Shown here: one piece after another, positions 43,287-55,886 of the stretch | Numbering within the stretch: position 1 is the stretch's first letter | Layout of the letters: every line of letters starts with the position of its first letter | Sequence record: NZ_CP104760.1 | DNA from: a plasmid | DNA: 64,000 bases | Strand: one strand, 5' to 3' | Program-made: the position numbers and the translations under genes | The notes under the pieces: generated by a model | What the model was told of the DNA's origin: nothing | The model's input: only the letters and a program-made list of their open reading frames with translations | Database searches by the model: none

Positions 43287-44069
43287 ATGTGTAATTTTGT
43301 ATCTGACTGTTCATGTGAGGATCAGCTAAAGGAGACCCTTAGTAAACTTGCAGATGAATCACCAGAAAAAGTTATCTATCAGACATCGCTGATGAGCGCG
43401 CTGCTTAACGGCGTTTACGACGGCTCTACCACGGTTTCTGACCTGTTGCGGAAAGGCGATTTTGGCCTGGGTACGTTCAACCAGCTTGATGGCGAGCTGA
43501 TCGCCTTTGACAGCAACGTTTATCAGTTACGTTCCGATGGCAGCGCGCGCCCTGCCCGTCCTGAACAAAAGACGCCGTTTGCCGTCATGACCTTCTTTAA
43601 ACCTGAGTATCAGCATCAGTTTGCCGAAACCGCAACGCGTGACGATGTGCACCGCGTTATCGACAGCAAAATCACCTCAGATAACCAGTTCTGCGCGCTG
43701 CGCATCAGCGGCCGCTTCCGCACTGTCGAGACGCGAACCGTGCCCTGTCAGTGCCGTCCTTATCGCACCATGCCTGAAGTGCTGGGCAATCAGCCTACGT
43801 TTAGTTTTAGTGAGAGTGAGGGTGAGCTGATTGGTTTTCGCACACCGCAGTATATGCAGGGAATCAACGTAGCGGGCTACCACGAACATTTTATTACCGA
43901 GGACCGCCAGGGCGGCGGACACATTCTCGATTACGTACTGGAGCAAGGCACGCTGACTTTCGGCGCCATCAGCCAGCTGGTGATTGATCTGCCACAGGAC
44001 AAGGATTTTTTGCAGGCCGATCTCAATCCCCACGATCTTGATGAAGCCATTCGGGCTGTCGAAAGCTAA
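43287..44069 (+). CDS. budA: alpha-acetolactate decarboxylase
   Basis: collinear with Klebsiella BudA ([40 protein letters not shown]...[22 protein letters not shown]); start set at the internal Met matching the BudA N-terminus. Confidence 0.9.
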   Translation: MCNFVSDCSCEDQLKETLSKLADESPEKVIYQTSLMSALLNGVYDGSTTVSDLLRKGDFGLGTFNQLDGELIAFDSNVYQLRSDGSARPARPEQKTPFAVMTFFKPEYQHQFAETATRDDVHRVIDSKITSDNQFCALRISGRFRTVETRTVPCQCRPYRTMPEVLGNQPTFSFSESEGELIGFRTPQYMQGINVAGYHEHFITEDRQGGGHILDYVLEQGTLTFGAISQLVIDLPQDKDFLQADLNPHDLDEAIRAVES

Positions 44070-44083
44070 CAAGAGAGGTAAAG

Positions 44084-45763
44084 ATGAACACGCGAAAAAA
44101 CAACGCGCAATGGAACAGCGGTGCCGATCTCGTGGTGGCGCAGCTTGAGGCGCAGGGCGTCAATCATGTATTTGGCATTCCTGGCGCTAAAATCGACAAG
44201 GTGTTTGATTCTCTTCTGGACTCTCCCATTCAGCTTATCCCCGTCAGGCATGAAGCCAATGCGGCCTTTATGGCTGCGGCCGTCGGCCGACTGACTGGCA
44301 ACGCCGGCGTGGCGCTGGTCACTTCCGGGCCGGGCTGTTCGAATCTGGTTACCGGCATGGCTACAGCCACCAGCGAAGGCGATCCCGTCGTGGCAATTGG
44401 CGGAGCGGTAAAACGGTCGGACAGCGCCAAACAGGTGCATCAGAGCATGGATACCGTGTCGATGTTTCGGCCGGTCACTAAATTTGCTGTTGAGGTCACC
44501 GAGTCCTCTGCGCTGGCCGAATGTATCTCGAATGCGTTTCGACATGCTGAAAACGGACGTGGGGGCGGCTCTTTTATCAGCCTGCCGCAGGATATTGTCG
44601 ATCAGCCGGTAACCGGCACGCCGCTGCAAAACAAAGGGCGCGTAACGCTGGGCGCTGCGCCCGACGCTCTGATTGAGTCTGTGAGCCGTGAAATCGCGCG
44701 GGCAAAAAATCCGGTGATCCTGCTGGGCCTGATGGCGAGCCAGCCGGAGAACAGCGCGGCGATACATGAGCTGCTGACGAAAAGCCGCATACCCGTGACC
44801 AGCACCTATCAGGCCGCTGGCGCAGTCAGGCAGGAACACTTCTCGCGTTTCGCCGGACGTATCGGCCTGTTTAATAACCAGGCAGGAGACCGGCTGCTCC
44901 AGCAGGCTGACCTGATTATCACGATTGGCTACAGCCCGGTTGAGTATGAACCGGCAATGTGGAACAGCGGAAAAGCGCGCCTGGTGCATATTGATGTTCT
45001 GCCGGCAGACACAGATAACCGCTACCAGCCCGACGCTGAGCTGGTCGGCGATATCGCGCAGACCGTACGTAAAATCGCTGCGCGCATCACTTCGCCGCTG
45101 CAGCTCAGCGACGCTGCCGCCTCAATTCTGGAGGATCGTCAACAGCAACGGCAGCTACTGGCGATGCAGGGCGCCAGCCTGAATCAGTTTGCGCTGCATC
45201 CGCTGCGCATCGTCCGTGCGATGCAGGACATTATCAATAATGACGTCAGCCTGACGGTGGATATGGGCAGCTTTCATATCTGGATAGCCCGTTATCTTTA
45301 CAGCTTCCGGGCGCGGCAAATCATGATTTCTAACGGGCAACAGACGATGGGTGTGGCGTTGCCATGGGCGATCGGTGCCTGGCTGGTCGACCCTTCGCGC
45401 AAAGTCATTTCTGTTTCTGGCGACGGGGGATTCCTGCAGTCCAGTATGGAGCTGGAAACCGCCGTCAGGCTGAAAGCCAATATTCTGCACATTATCTGGG
45501 TCGATAATGCTTACAACATGGTCGCCATTCAGGAAGAGAAAAAATATCAGCGCCTTTCTGGCGTCAACTTTGGCCCGGTTGACTTTAAAACCTATGCCGA
45601 GGCGTTTGGCGCGGCCGGTTTTGCAGTAAACAGCGCGGCAGAGCTCGAGCCGACGTTACGTCAGGCGATGGATGTGAACGGGCCGGCAGTGGTCGCAGTT
45701 CCGGTCGATTACAGCGACAACCCGTTGCTGATGGGACAGTTGCATCTCAGTCAACTGCTTTGA
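44084..45763 (+). CDS. budB: catabolic acetolactate synthase
   Basis: 559 aa ThDP-dependent enzyme, collinear with AlsS/BudB. Confidence 0.9.
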   Translation: MNTRKNNAQWNSGADLVVAQLEAQGVNHVFGIPGAKIDKVFDSLLDSPIQLIPVRHEANAAFMAAAVGRLTGNAGVALVTSGPGCSNLVTGMATATSEGDPVVAIGGAVKRSDSAKQVHQSMDTVSMFRPVTKFAVEVTESSALAECISNAFRHAENGRGGGSFISLPQDIVDQPVTGTPLQNKGRVTLGAAPDALIESVSREIARAKNPVILLGLMASQPENSAAIHELLTKSRIPVTSTYQAAGAVRQEHFSRFAGRIGLFNNQAGDRLLQQADLIITIGYSPVEYEPAMWNSGKARLVHIDVLPADTDNRYQPDAELVGDIAQTVRKIAARITSPLQLSDAAASILEDRQQQRQLLAMQGASLNQFALHPLRIVRAMQDIINNDVSLTVDMGSFHIWIARYLYSFRARQIMISNGQQTMGVALPWAIGAWLVDPSRKVISVSGDGGFLQSSMELETAVRLKANILHIIWVDNAYNMVAIQEEKKYQRLSGVNFGPVDFKTYAEAFGAAGFAVNSAAELEPTLRQAMDVNGPAVVAVPVDYSDNPLLMGQLHLSQLL

Positions 45764-46561
<798 letters not shown>

Positions 46562-46638
46562 CGCCAGCGGCGTTACGTTAAGTTAATCTCCTTCTGAGCC
46601 GGTCTGCCTGTTTCCAGGCAGACCGTTACCTTAAGTCA

Positions 46639-47640
46639 CTAAAGCTGTGTGCCTGAGTGCCTGGAGAAGGTCTGCTCGGGAAGGGGGTCACCCAGCGATA
46701 CGCGTGGTTTTTTCCGCGAATAGAGCGCTGGCTGCCCCTCTGGACGCGTTTTAAAGCGTCGATGCAGCCACATATATTGCTCTGGTGCCAGCAGCACCGC
46801 CTCTTCAATCGCCTGGTTCATCAGTCGCGCTACCGTCTCTTTGTCCGCGCCTTTCAGCGTGTCGCCGATATCTGGCAGAATAATCAGCTCATAACCTGTG
46901 CCATCAGCTTTACGTCGCGGGACAAAAGGGATTACGGCCGGGCTGGCGCTTTTCACCAGCATGTAACTGCCCGCCGTGGTTGCGGCATCCGGTACGGCAA
47001 AAAAGGGGACAAACACGCTGTTGTTTTTGCCGTAGTCGTGATCGGGCGCGTACCACAAGATTTCATTCTGTTTTAACGCGCGGATCATGCCCTTCAGATC
47101 ATAACGGTCCAGCATCGTCTTGTTCGAGCGTAGCCTGCCTCGCGTCTGCAACCAGTCGAGCAGGGCGTTGTTATTGGGGCGATAGACGCCCACGCCGGGG
47201 TTAAGCATACCGAAGATGCGGGCACCCAGTTCCAGCGTGAGAAAATGCATACCGATCAGCACCACGCCCTGGCCGCGTGTACGCGCCCTTTCCATATGCT
47301 CATACCCGCTGACGGTAAAACATTTACGCACACGCCATTCAGGCCAGAACCATGCCATACCGGTTTCGATAACGCCCATTCCTACGGATTCAAAATTACG
47401 CAGCAGCAACGATTCGCGTTCTTGCTCACTCATCTGCGGAAAGCAAAGCGCAAGGTTACGACGAGCTATCTCTGCCCGACGCGGTAGCATACGCAAAGCT
47501 AAACGTCCAAGAAGGTGGCCTGTTTTAAACAGCAGAGGATATGGCAGCTGTACCAGGCTCCAGAGGGCGGCAATTCCCAGCCAGCTAAGCCAGTAACGCG
47601 GATGCAAGAAAGCGGCTGAAAACTGAGGCAATTTGGTCAT
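46639..47640 (-). CDS. lpxL: lipid A (Kdo2-lipid IVA) late acyltransferase, LpxL/LpxP family
   Basis: collinear with E. coli LpxL over ~300 aa (LLHPRYWL.WLGI..LW..VQLPYP...[10 protein letters not shown]), with a ~27-aa C-terminal extension. Confidence 0.85.
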   Translation of the reverse strand: MTKLPQFSAAFLHPRYWLSWLGIAALWSLVQLPYPLLFKTGHLLGRLALRMLPRRAEIARRNLALCFPQMSEQERESLLLRNFESVGMGVIETGMAWFWPEWRVRKCFTVSGYEHMERARTRGQGVVLIGMHFLTLELGARIFGMLNPGVGVYRPNNNALLDWLQTRGRLRSNKTMLDRYDLKGMIRALKQNEILWYAPDHDYGKNNSVFVPFFAVPDAATTAGSYMLVKSASPAVIPFVPRRKADGTGYELIILPDIGDTLKGADKETVARLMNQAIEEAVLLAPEQYMWLHRRFKTRPEGQPALYSRKKPRVSLGDPLPEQTFSRHSGTQL

Positions 47641-48505
47641 GACTCGCTTGTTCCTTAACTATTCTGCTTTAAATCATGGTTAAACCATGCTGTTGCCGTT
47701 GATTTATAAGATTTAGTTCAGAAGCGCGAAGTGTAAAGGCATAAGCACCTCTTACTTTTATCCTTTATTGCGAATTCGCATGTTCTTTGTCAGCCGTTTC
47801 GGCTGCTAACGTAAAACGCCAACATAATTTATAAGGCGGTTGGGTAATGCACCGCAGATGAAAGACAACGCCAGGGATCATGCATCCTGTCAGGCCTCTT
47901 TAAATAGCGGGCTTTCAGGCGCACTGAACCCGTACGGTCGAAGACAGGAATATTTTCAGCGGCACGACTTACAGCAGCTCCCCAAGTTAGTTACAGCATT
48001 CAATAGTCAGTAATAACAACACCGGCCCTGCGGGCCGGACGGCGACGGCTGTTCAGTGGGGGCAACCGGCCTTCAGGTACAGCTCCGGTTTTTAGGTTTT
48101 TGTCAGAAAGGGGCATAATGTCTAAATAAGTGCTCGGAGAGGAAGCAAAAAAGTTAAAAGGATGATGTAACTAAGAACAGCAACGGATGGCCTGCACGGT
48201 TCGAGTGCCGGAGGAAAACATGCCCTCTGAGAGGTGATATTCCTTATCGCCCTGGGTTGAATTTAAGCCTGCCCTCTTCCTCGCTGACCACAGCCGCTTT
48301 AACTTTCCCTCATCGGATTCAAGCGCAGATGCCGTTTTTACTTTTTCGCCAGTTGCTTTGCCGTACCGCGATTAATACCGCTTGATAACGCTACCGCAAT
48401 GACGCATAAGCGACTCCCCTGCCCCGGATCGCCATCGCCATCTCCTCTCTGGGTTCAATTTAAAAAGGTCTGTCACCTGAACCTGTGATACATCCAGGTG
48501 CGATA

Positions 48506-49381
48506 TCAGGTAATAAACCATCCTCCAGGAAATTGTTTGCAGATGAAATCGACAAAGGCCTTTACCTTAGGGCTCTGCAGACGGCGAGAGGTATGCAGAA
48601 TCCAGAGTTCCGTGGGGTTGCCGACTTCTCCCCATGACACAAGCTCCCCGCTCTCCAGCTGACTACTGATAATGGATTGCGGCAATATCGCCGCGCCGGC
48701 GCCCGCTGTAACGGCGTCGCGAACGGTCAGCAGCGAAGAAAGCTGCATTACCGGCTGCGGCGAAAAGCAAATCTGGCCATTATGCAGAGTCCAGGTCTCT
48801 CCATCCTGATAAGACGGCATAACGACCGCCGCAACAGGAACGGGCGCCCCGCTGTCGGCCTTCGGCATATCGAACGTGGGCGAAGCCGCCAGAATCAATC
48901 TGTCTCTGGCGAAACACCTGCCAACCAGCGTGCTCTCCTTGTTCGGGTTAACGCGCACGGCAATGTCAAAATGCTCATCAACCAGATCGCTGAGTCTGTC
49001 TTCGGAGACTACTTCGATCCGCACTTCTGGATAGATCGCACAAAATCCGGCCGCAAGACGCCCCAGGGCAACCTGTGAAAACAGTACGGGGGCCGCAATA
49101 CGAAGATGTCCCCTGGGCTTAGCGGAACCTTCCTGTACCAGCGTAACCGCTTCGTCAATTTCACTGACCGGACTGATGGTGCGGGACAGTAGCAGCTGCC
49201 CCGCTTCGGTGATTTCAAGCCTGCGACTGCCTCGTTCAATCAGGCGTACACCTAATGCCTCTTCCAGCTCAGCCAGCCGACGCGACAGCGTCGCCTTCGG
49301 CCTTCCACTGGCGCGGCTGGCTGCGCCAATTCCCCCCGATGTCGCAATCAAATGAAAATCTTTTAAAGCGTTGAGGTCCAT
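48506..49381 (-). CDS. LysR-family transcriptional regulator
   Basis: HTH (MDLNALKDFHLIATSGGIGAASRASGRPKATLSRRLAELE); divergent from the NmrA-like gene. Confidence 0.75.
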   Translation of the reverse strand: MDLNALKDFHLIATSGGIGAASRASGRPKATLSRRLAELEEALGVRLIERGSRRLEITEAGQLLLSRTISPVSEIDEAVTLVQEGSAKPRGHLRIAAPVLFSQVALGRLAAGFCAIYPEVRIEVVSEDRLSDLVDEHFDIAVRVNPNKESTLVGRCFARDRLILAASPTFDMPKADSGAPVPVAAVVMPSYQDGETWTLHNGQICFSPQPVMQLSSLLTVRDAVTAGAGAAILPQSIISSQLESGELVSWGEVGNPTELWILHTSRRLQSPKVKAFVDFICKQFPGGWFIT

Positions 49382-49490
49382 AGCCTGTCTCATTTGTGGA
49401 ACGATCTGTCACGATAATAGCGACTATTCGAACAAAATGGGACAGAGTAAGGTTTGTTTACACCAACCCAGTCACCATGGAGTAAACATC

Positions 49491-50354
49491 ATGACCATCC
49501 TTGTTACCGGAGCCACCGGCCGCGTCGGCCGCCATGTCGTCAATCAGCTTATCAGCCGCGACGCCGATTTCCGCGTTCTGACCCGCGATCCTGCCCATGC
49601 TGGCTTTCCAGCGGGCGTAAACGTTATTCAGGGAGATTTGCTCGATATCGGTTCGCTGCGCGCCGCGTTCTCTGGCATCAGCACCCTCTTTCTGCTGAAC
49701 GCCGTGTCAGCCGATGAATTCACGCAGGCGATCATCACCTTGAACATCGCCCGGGAGTGCGGCATTGAACGGGTCGTCTACCTCTCGGTTTTTGACGCTG
49801 AAGGTGCTGTGAGTGTCCCTCACTTCGCTGTTAAATCCGGGGCGGAACGGATGCTTAAGGCGATGGACTTTAGCGCCACCATTTTGCGCCCTACCTATTT
49901 TATCGATAATGAAATCATGATCAGGGAGGTCATAGTGGATCATGGCATTTACCCTATGCCCATCGGTAATGTGGGGCTCGCTATGGTAGACGCGCGCGAT
50001 ATCGCTGAGGTCGCCGCTATCGAGCTGATACGGCGTGAGCAGGCCGCTGGAAAATTACCGCTTGAGACGATTAACCTTGTCGGACCCGACACGCTGACCG
50101 GCACACAGGCAGCCGCAGTATGGGCTGACGTGCTGGGTCGGTCAGTCGTCTACGGCGGCGACAATCCTGACGCGTTTGAAGCGAATATGGCGGGCTTCAT
50201 GCCGACATGGATGGCGTATGAGATGCGACTGATGGCCGAGCGTTTTGTCAGCGAAGGCATGATTCCCCAGGAGGGTGACCGCGAGCGTCTGGTTACTTTA
50301 CTCGGACGTCCGCTGCGCTCATACCGGGAGTTCGCCGTCATGCTTGCTGGCTGA
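49491..50354 (+). CDS. NmrA-family NAD(P)-binding protein
   Basis: start at MTILVTGATGRVGRHVV (GGAG RBS); atypical-SDR Rossmann motif. Confidence 0.75.
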   Translation: MTILVTGATGRVGRHVVNQLISRDADFRVLTRDPAHAGFPAGVNVIQGDLLDIGSLRAAFSGISTLFLLNAVSADEFTQAIITLNIARECGIERVVYLSVFDAEGAVSVPHFAVKSGAERMLKAMDFSATILRPTYFIDNEIMIREVIVDHGIYPMPIGNVGLAMVDARDIAEVAAIELIRREQAAGKLPLETINLVGPDTLTGTQAAAVWADVLGRSVVYGGDNPDAFEANMAGFMPTWMAYEMRLMAERFVSEGMIPQEGDRERLVTLLGRPLRSYREFAVMLAG

Positions 50355-50511
50355 TAGGGTACGGCAATCGATAGCGGGATAGCCACATCCCCTTTTTCTG
50401 GTGACAGGACAGGGATCGCTTATCTGGAGCAGAGCGATTCCTGTCTGTTAGTTAAGACGGCAGAAAAGATGTCGCTGGCCTCTTTGTCTGCGAACCGGCA
50501 ACCTTAAAAAG

Positions 50512-51471
50512 CTAGCCCAGTTTTTTTCTGCGCTTTTCGGAATACATTACGCTGTCGCTCTCTTTGATCATCTCATTCAGCGAGGCATATTTGCCGGGGC
50601 TGGCGCTGATAACCCCGTAGGAGTAGTTAATATTGTAAGGCTTGCTGGTATGCTGATTAAAAGCATTAAGGCTTTCGCGCAGCCTGTTCAGGAACGTCGC
50701 AGGCTCGTTGCCGCTGGCAAGTAATACGGCAAATTCATCGCCCCCAAGCCGTCCAACAATATCTTTTGGCCCCAGCAGTTTTCGCAGCTGAGCAGAAAAA
50801 ACTTTCAACACCTCATCGCCCTCAGCATGTCCCCACATATCGTTAATAGGTTTGAACTTATCAAGGTCAAAATAGAGAATGCTTAGTGCTTTGTCGCTTT
50901 GCTGAAACTCGCTGAATCGCTTTTCACCGCTGTGGTAGAAACCGCGTCGGTTAGGAATATCAGTCAGGCTGTCGGTCATGGCCATATTAATGATCTGAAA
51001 CTCATCTTCCACGATGAAGGCTAAATCTTTCAGCGAAGCGATATCCTGTTCGGTGAAAACGCGAGGCTCGCTGTTAACCAGGCATAATGTCCCTGCTACC
51101 GAACCGTCTGGCAAGTGAACCGGATAACCGGCATAGAACCGAATAAACGGCTCGCCCGTTACCAGCGGGTTGTCGTGGAAGCGTTCATCAAGGCGCGCAT
51201 CGCTTATGATAAGCGGTTCTTTTTGCAGAATCGCATGGCCACAAAAAGAGATGTCACGTTTCATTTCACGCCCGCTGAGTCCCTGGCAGGCCAGCGTCCA
51301 CTGACGATCGCGGTCAAGAAGGTTAATCGCCGCTATCGGTACCTGAAACAGTTTTTGTCCGATGCGCGTTAGCCTTTCAAAGCGTTCATCATCCCTGGTA
51401 TCGAGCAGGTCGATCATATAGACCGACTTCAGTCGCTCTTCTTCATTTTCCGGAATACCAGGGAATTTCAT
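50512..51471 (-). CDS. GAF-GGDEF diguanylate cyclase
   Basis: start set at MKFPGIPENEEERL (GAGG RBS); N-terminal GAF-like region; C-terminal GGDEF (RLGGDEF) with the SLTDIPNRRGF motif. Confidence 0.8.
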   Translation of the reverse strand: MKFPGIPENEEERLKSVYMIDLLDTRDDERFERLTRIGQKLFQVPIAAINLLDRDRQWTLACQGLSGREMKRDISFCGHAILQKEPLIISDARLDERFHDNPLVTGEPFIRFYAGYPVHLPDGSVAGTLCLVNSEPRVFTEQDIASLKDLAFIVEDEFQIINMAMTDSLTDIPNRRGFYHSGEKRFSEFQQSDKALSILYFDLDKFKPINDMWGHAEGDEVLKVFSAQLRKLLGPKDIVGRLGGDEFAVLLASGNEPATFLNRLRESLNAFNQHTSKPYNINYSYGVISASPGKYASLNEMIKESDSVMYSEKRRKKLG

Positions 51472-51780
51472 ATTTACCTCAACATCATCAGTGATACGCA
51501 CATTGTTTTGTCGAACAGCGCTATTTTGACAAACAAAACTTCTTTTCAAATCCAGGAGTACAGAAAGCAAAAGCGCCCTTTTCGTTTTTGCACGCCACTC
51601 CAGCTCGCCCTGAACCTCTCATGCTTTATATAAGTGCTAAACCTCTTCTCCCGGCGTTGATCAAATCATCTGCCAGAAAGATTATTACATCCTTAACTGG
51701 TAAAACGTGGACCACCGGAAGCATAAAAGCGTGAGGCGCGACAGAGCTTAAAGAGGTTTTACAACGCAACGCTGCAGCGC

Positions 51781-52668
51781 TTAGCTCATCCCAGGCAGCG
51801 TTTTCAAAAGAGACTCAATCATTTCTACGATGCGCCTTACTCTCAGGGGAATAAAACGCGCGTCAGGAAATACCGCATACAAAAAACGATCGGGCAGACG
51901 CCAGGCTGGAAGCACCTGAACCAGCGTACCGGTGTGCAGTGCCTGAATGACAAGCGGCAACTGCATACCGCCGATGCCGATACCAGCCTGTATCGCCTGT
52001 AGTAGTCCTTCGCTACTGTTCGCCCGGAAAACGGTATTGGCCGTCAGCTCAACCGTTTCATTTTCTGATATCAGCCGAAGCGGTGCAGCGTGCGCGATGC
52101 CGCTGAACCGGATGTACGGCAGCACGGCCAGATCTTCTGGCGAATTAACCGGCGCAAAACCGGGTGCAGCAAAGAGGGGAGTTTTAATGCGCGCCAGCAT
52201 ACGCGCCGCTAGCAAATCCGGCGGCTCGCCGCTGAGCCGTAGCGCAACATCAATACCTTCGCTTACCAGGTCTGACACACGGTCATCAAGCGACAGCGTC
52301 ATATGCAGACCGGCATTGTCCTTTTGTAGCGCCAGCAGATGCGGCAGGAAAATCTGTCCCAGCCCGCTCGGCAGCTGTATATGCACGCGGCCCTGCCATT
52401 GCTGTTGAGTGGGGCGCAGCTGGCTTTCCATCTCCTGCATCGCATCCAGCAGCGGCTGTATCTGGCGGCGGTAGCGTTCGCCCTGTTCAGTAAGTGCCAT
52501 AGCACGCGTGGTACGGTGCAATAACACTACGCCAAGTTCCTCCTCAAGCGCTGCAATCTGCTGGCTGACGGCAGACTGCTTCATGCCGGTCTGACGCGCC
52601 GCTTCGGAAAACGAACCCGCTTCTGCAACCCGCAGAAAGGTAGAAATCGCGTTGAGCTTGTTTTTCAT
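51781..52668 (-). CDS. LysR-family transcriptional regulator
   Basis: start set at MKNKLNAISTFLRVAEAGSFSEAARQTGMKQSAVSQQIAALE; divergent from the SDR gene. Confidence 0.75.
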   Translation of the reverse strand: MKNKLNAISTFLRVAEAGSFSEAARQTGMKQSAVSQQIAALEEELGVVLLHRTTRAMALTEQGERYRRQIQPLLDAMQEMESQLRPTQQQWQGRVHIQLPSGLGQIFLPHLLALQKDNAGLHMTLSLDDRVSDLVSEGIDVALRLSGEPPDLLAARMLARIKTPLFAAPGFAPVNSPEDLAVLPYIRFSGIAHAAPLRLISENETVELTANTVFRANSSEGLLQAIQAGIGIGGMQLPLVIQALHTGTLVQVLPAWRLPDRFLYAVFPDARFIPLRVRRIVEMIESLLKTLPGMS

Positions 52669-52765
52669 TTCGTGGTTTTTCTTATAAGTGACATCAGCCC
52701 AGGGGGATATATGGCGAAAATTATATATATCACACTGAGCCTGTTCCTTTCTCTGGAGAATAAAC

Positions 52766-53824
52766 ATGAAACAGACAGGTAAGCTCAACGTAGCGCTGGT
52801 GGCAGGCGCCAGCGGCATTGTCGGAAGTCAGTTGATTAACACCCTATTGCATCACGAATGGCAGGTTGTCGGGCTGTCACGTCAGAGTTCAGCTTCTACA
52901 GATAATGTCACGACAGTGAATGTCGATCTGCTCAATGCAAAGCAGAGCGCACAGGCGCTGAAACCACTCAGTCAGGTGACACATATTTTCTACAGCGCCT
53001 GGCTTAACGCAGCGAACTGGACAGAAATGGTTGAGCCGAATGTCACCATGCTGCGCAATCTGGTAAGCAATATGGAACGTATCGCGCCATTAAAAACCGT
53101 TAGTCTGATGCAGGGCTATAAAGTGTATGGCGCGCATCTCGGGCCGTTTAAAACGCCAGCGCGGGAGAACGACCCCGGCGTACCGGGAGCGGAATTTAAC
53201 GCCGCGCAGCTTCGCTGGCTAAACGACGCACAGCAGGGTAAAGCCTGGCACTGGAATGCGCTGCGGCCTGGCGTCGTGGGCAGTGCAGTCCCAGGCAATG
53301 TAATGAACCTGGCGCTGAGCCTTGCGCTGTATGCCTCGCTATGCAAGACCGAGGGATTACCCTTTCGTTTTCCTGGGTCGCAACAAAACTGGCACAGCAT
53401 CGTTGATCATACGGATGCGGCTTTACTGGCTGAAGCGACGCTATGGGCGGCAACGGTACCCGAAGCAAGAAATCAGGCCTACAACGTCAATAACGGTGAT
53501 ATCTGGCGCTGGAGTGAACTCTGGCCAGTTATTGCCCACTGGTTTGGGCTAGAGTGCGCGCCGCCGGTCAGGCTTTCATTCCAGCAGTTATTCATAGACT
53601 ACCGTACAACGTGGCGCGATCTGGCAGAACGCCATCAGTTACAGGAAAGGGATATTTTGCAGCTTAACAATGGTCAGTTTGCAGACTTCGTTTTTGGCTG
53701 GGATTACGACATGTTTGGCGATGGAAGCAAATTACGCCGGGCAGGCTTTACGCACTATCGCGCGACGGACGAGATGTTTCTCAGTTTATTTGCCCGGTTC
53801 AGGGAAGCCCGCATTATCCCCTGA
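52766..53824 (+). CDS. atypical SDR / NAD-dependent epimerase-dehydratase-like protein
   Basis: 352 aa; N-terminal Rossmann motif VALVAGASGIVGSQL. Confidence 0.65.
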   Translation: MKQTGKLNVALVAGASGIVGSQLINTLLHHEWQVVGLSRQSSASTDNVTTVNVDLLNAKQSAQALKPLSQVTHIFYSAWLNAANWTEMVEPNVTMLRNLVSNMERIAPLKTVSLMQGYKVYGAHLGPFKTPARENDPGVPGAEFNAAQLRWLNDAQQGKAWHWNALRPGVVGSAVPGNVMNLALSLALYASLCKTEGLPFRFPGSQQNWHSIVDHTDAALLAEATLWAATVPEARNQAYNVNNGDIWRWSELWPVIAHWFGLECAPPVRLSFQQLFIDYRTTWRDLAERHQLQERDILQLNNGQFADFVFGWDYDMFGDGSKLRRAGFTHYRATDEMFLSLFARFREARIIP

Positions 53825-54569
53825 CAGTCTCGCCGTGATCGTTTCTTTATACCAGCGTTGTCAGAGGCTGGCTGATGCTGGTGCCGACGCTCCTCAGACG
53901 GTGCGCTTGTTGGCCCGCCAGGCGCGCAACAAAGCAGGGCGTTTGCTGTATGCCGGTTTGCAACTGCCGGTATGCAGCCGCTGCCCGGTCCGCTGCCTAA
54001 TGAGGTGATATTTAGCCAGCGCGCACGAAGGTGATATAGAACGGCACGATCCTATTGATGGCTATGCGGGCAGGGTAGTCCGCGCTTTGTTTCTGATAAA
54101 ACACAAATCAACCATCAGCATCAGCAACAGGTGCACCACAGCGTAATTCTGCATTCTGGCTTTTCAGGCGAGCCGGCCTTCGCTTTAAAGAGCGACACCC
54201 AACAGGTAAAGCCTGCCGCTGTTAGCAATATGCTGACCCCAGTTAAGCCCATCTACTTCTCTTTTCACTACAGCAGAACGCTAACTGCTGATATCGATTA
54301 CAGCCATTCACATGTACGAGGGATAAAGCCATGTCTCTTTCAGCTGCCTGTTAAAGATAGTCAGGTCCATGAAGCTCCCTGGGAATTTCAATCTGAAATA
54401 AATTTAAAATTACTATATATATCAAATAGTTAAATATGAAAAAGGTGTGGGCAATCTGTACCTTTTCAACAGCAAAATAGCGGAGAGAAAGGGGGCTTAA
54501 AGTGATAAATAGCTAAAAGGAAGACGCCTTCGCCAGAGTATAAAAGAGTGCGCGCAACGCACTGAATGA

Positions 54570-54583
54570 GCAAAATATTTTGC
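54570..54583. promoter_or_regulatory. 14-bp perfect palindrome GCAAAATATTTTGC about 90 nt upstream of parA; candidate par operator within the promoter
   Basis: seen directly; type Ia ParA proteins autoregulate through palindromic operators. Confidence 0.35.
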
Positions 54584-54671
54584 TTTGTACAATTTTTTGC
54601 TGAAATCATAAAAATGTTGCACATAGCAGGATGATCTGTACACTGTCCTGAAATATTGCCAACGGAGCGGA

Positions 54672-55886
54672 GTGATGAAAAGTAATTACGGTGGGGTAGA
54701 CGAAACGGCGCGCAGGGCAAACGCCATGTTACGCAGCATGAGTGATGACATTATCGACAAGCGTCACGAATTTGGCCTCGATCAGTATTACCAGACCTTC
54801 ACCCGCAATTCAGTTGCTAATCTGCCCAGACTAAGCCGCCGAGCGGTAGAACAGGCGATTGAAGAAATGGAATCAAAAGGGCACGTGTTCGGCAAAAAGG
54901 ATGCGGGCAATACCAAACATTACGCGCTGACCGTTCAGGATGTCGTCGATATCTATGCCCATCGTAAAGTACCCAAGTATCGCGATATACATAAAGGTGA
55001 GGGGCCATTTGTTATTTTTGTGGTCAATCTCAAGGGCGGTGTATCCAAAACGGTCAGCACCGTTACTCTGGCGCACGGCCTGCGCGTCCATCCCGATCTG
55101 CTGCAGTACGATCTGCGCAACCTGGTTATCGACCTTGATCCCCAGGCCTCAAGCACCATGTTTCTGAACCATGCGAACAGCATCGGCTCGATTATGGAAA
55201 CCGCCGCGCAGGCGATGCTTAACGATCTGGATGCAGAACAACTTCATAAAGATATTATTCAGCCCACGATTATCCCAGGCGTGGATATCATTCCGGCATC
55301 CATTGACGACGGCTTTGTTGCCAGCCAGTGGAACGATCTGGTTCGCGAACATCTGCCAGGCGTACTGCCTTCGGAAGTGTTACGTCGTAACATCATCGAC
55401 CGTGTCGGTGATGACTATGATTTCATCTTTATTGATACAGGGCCGCATCTTGATGCGTTCATGCTCAACGCCATCGCCGCAAGCGATCTGCTGCTCACGC
55501 CGACGCCGCCCGCTCAGGTTGATTTTCATTCCACGCTCAAATATCTGACCCGCCTGCCAGAAATGCTCGAACAGCTGGAAGAAGAGGGCATCAATCCGCG
55601 TATCAAAGGCAATATCGGGTTTATGTCGAAAATGACGTCCAAACGCGATCACGAGATGACGCACGGCTTAGCACGTGACGTATTTACCTCTTACATTCTT
55701 GATGCTGCATTACCACGGCTCGATGGCTTCGAGCGCTGCGGGGAGACATTCGACACTATCGTCAGCGCTGATCCTCAGTCTTATCCAGGCAGCGCAGAAG
55801 CGCTCAAAAATGCCAAGCGCGAGGCGGAGCGTTTTACCCAGGCGGTTTTTAAACGGATTGAATTTGTCAGGAGTTCACAGTCATGA
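54672..55886 (+). CDS. parA: type Ia plasmid partition ATPase ParA (P1 ParA/SopA-like; N-terminal HTH plus deviant Walker A)
   Basis: 404 aa; deviant Walker A NLKGGVSKT; ~100-aa N-terminal extension typical of large ParA proteins. Confidence 0.9.
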   Translation: MMKSNYGGVDETARRANAMLRSMSDDIIDKRHEFGLDQYYQTFTRNSVANLPRLSRRAVEQAIEEMESKGHVFGKKDAGNTKHYALTVQDVVDIYAHRKVPKYRDIHKGEGPFVIFVVNLKGGVSKTVSTVTLAHGLRVHPDLLQYDLRNLVIDLDPQASSTMFLNHANSIGSIMETAAQAMLNDLDAEQLHKDIIQPTIIPGVDIIPASIDDGFVASQWNDLVREHLPGVLPSEVLRRNIIDRVGDDYDFIFIDTGPHLDAFMLNAIAASDLLLTPTPPAQVDFHSTLKYLTRLPEMLEQLEEEGINPRIKGNIGFMSKMTSKRDHEMTHGLARDVFTSYILDAALPRLDGFERCGETFDTIVSADPQSYPGSAEALKNAKREAERFTQAVFKRIEFVRSSQS

